From positions 71,550,001-71,614,000 of the forward strand of contig NC_058368.1 of the NCBI RefSeq assembly GCF_018350175.1: DNA of 64,000 bases, read 5' to 3'. The DNA is from Felis catus. Its lineage: Eukaryota. The notes beneath the pieces were generated by a model. That model was given only the letters and a program-made list of their open reading frames with translations, did no database searches and was not told the origin of the DNA. A program made the position numbers and the translations under genes. Shown here in pieces: positions 62,893 through 64,000 of this stretch (positions within the stretch are counted from its first letter, which is position 1; every line of letters begins with the position of its first letter).

Positions 62893-63804
62893 TTAGTTTT
62901 CTGCTTTCATCTTCTTGGCCAACAGTTTACTCCACAATATTATCCTCTGTACTTTTGTTTGCTTTTGCCTTGATATATTTTAGTTTCAAATTTCTGACCA
63001 ATATAAGCTAACATTCTGCCTTATTAGATTCTGAGTTTCTTTAGTGAATTCATACTAGTAAGAACATTGTATCATTAAAAAAATCTATATAAAGCCCAGA
63101 GCACTGTTGAACAGCCCCATGGCATCGGTACACTTCCCAGATCTCTGATGTTCCATCTCAGGACTAAAGAACTTTCCAGGGAAGGCCAAGATCCCTATCT
63201 TTTTTCCCCAGAGTTCACTTATTCTGTGCCCTGTAGACAACATTACTTTAACTTGAGATGAGCACAGAACAATTCAAATAGAAGAGGAGGAAATGGAGGC
63301 GTAGGGACCATAGCGAAATGGTACACTTCCCTACCTATGTGCTTATTTACATAATTGTGTTTTTATAACACGTCCTGTACTTTTCTGTAAGCTGATGCTG
63401 CCCTAATTATAGATTTTCAAGAGAACACTTCATTGTACCCCAAATTATATAGTGCTTTAAAAAGGTACCTTCTTACTGGTTTACCAAATACCTCATAAAT
63501 GCGTAATTACGTAAAACTGTTCAGGATACAGAATAGAAACAGCCTGTACTGTTCACAGATGTTGGTATTGTTACATAATTGAGCACAAGGCTTTCAAAGA
63601 TCTATAATATTTTTCTTGTATGAAAAAGAAATGACTCATTATAGTCATAATGTGTCACAGAGACTCCTGATCAAACAGAATGCGTGTGTTCTGTTTTGTG
63701 AGTTCTGTACAGAACATTGTCAATGGACTTGCCTTTGTGGATGGGAAAGTGCCACTTATTCCAGCAAATTACCTTTGTGGCATATGTACTTGCTTGTTAG
63801 ACAG

Positions 63805-64000
63805 CTTGCGGGCACCTGGGTGAGGCAGAGGCTGGGCCCCTTTATCCTGGCACACCTGCACACTGCGTCCCCACAGCGCCGGGCACCAGGGAAGTTCCCC
63901 CATTCACTGACTCACTCTTTCAGAAACCCGTTGAGGACCCGCAGCCAGCGCTGTCCTGCAAACTGGGAGCGGGCTGGCTTCCTGTACGGTACAGGCTTTT
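63805..64000. promoter_or_regulatory. Candidate enhancer: GC/CpG-rich with NF-kB, AP-1, E-box and ETS motifs
   Basis: GGGAAGTTCC 63889-63898; TGACTCA 63908-63914; CACCTG at 63813 and 63853; CTTCCTG 63978-63984. Confidence 0.4.

Larger units (their letters stand above)
14280..64000 (+). other. PCCA: 5' part of the PCCA intron downstream of the exon (human intron 21 equivalent)
   Basis: Starts GTAAGT; next exon (YKVNILTRLAAEL..) not found in the window. Confidence 0.85.

Overview
Mammalian genomic DNA, felid judging by about 35 tRNA-derived Can-SINEs, including CpG-intact young SINEC_Fc copies. The window lies inside the PCCA gene (propionyl-CoA carboxylase alpha, + strand). It holds one 54-nt coding exon (14226-14279, CLSREAGGNMSIQFLGTV, human exon 21, Cys616-Val633) between parts of two large introns; no other PCCA exon was found. 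The main hidden feature is a decayed, intronless, antisense MRPL47 retrocopy (about 12779-13930). It split an old L1 about 300 bp upstream of the exon, was later interrupted by a SINE, and its poly(A) tail appears to have become a ~380-bp compound pyrimidine microsatellite. The rest is transposon fossils (L1, L2, MIR, hAT-Charlie, Tigger, LTRs), STRs and several repeat-free, motif-dense islands that may be enhancers. Gene and repeat names come from recalled sequences, not a database search, and repeat boundaries are approximate. No wholly new biological system is supported by the sequence.
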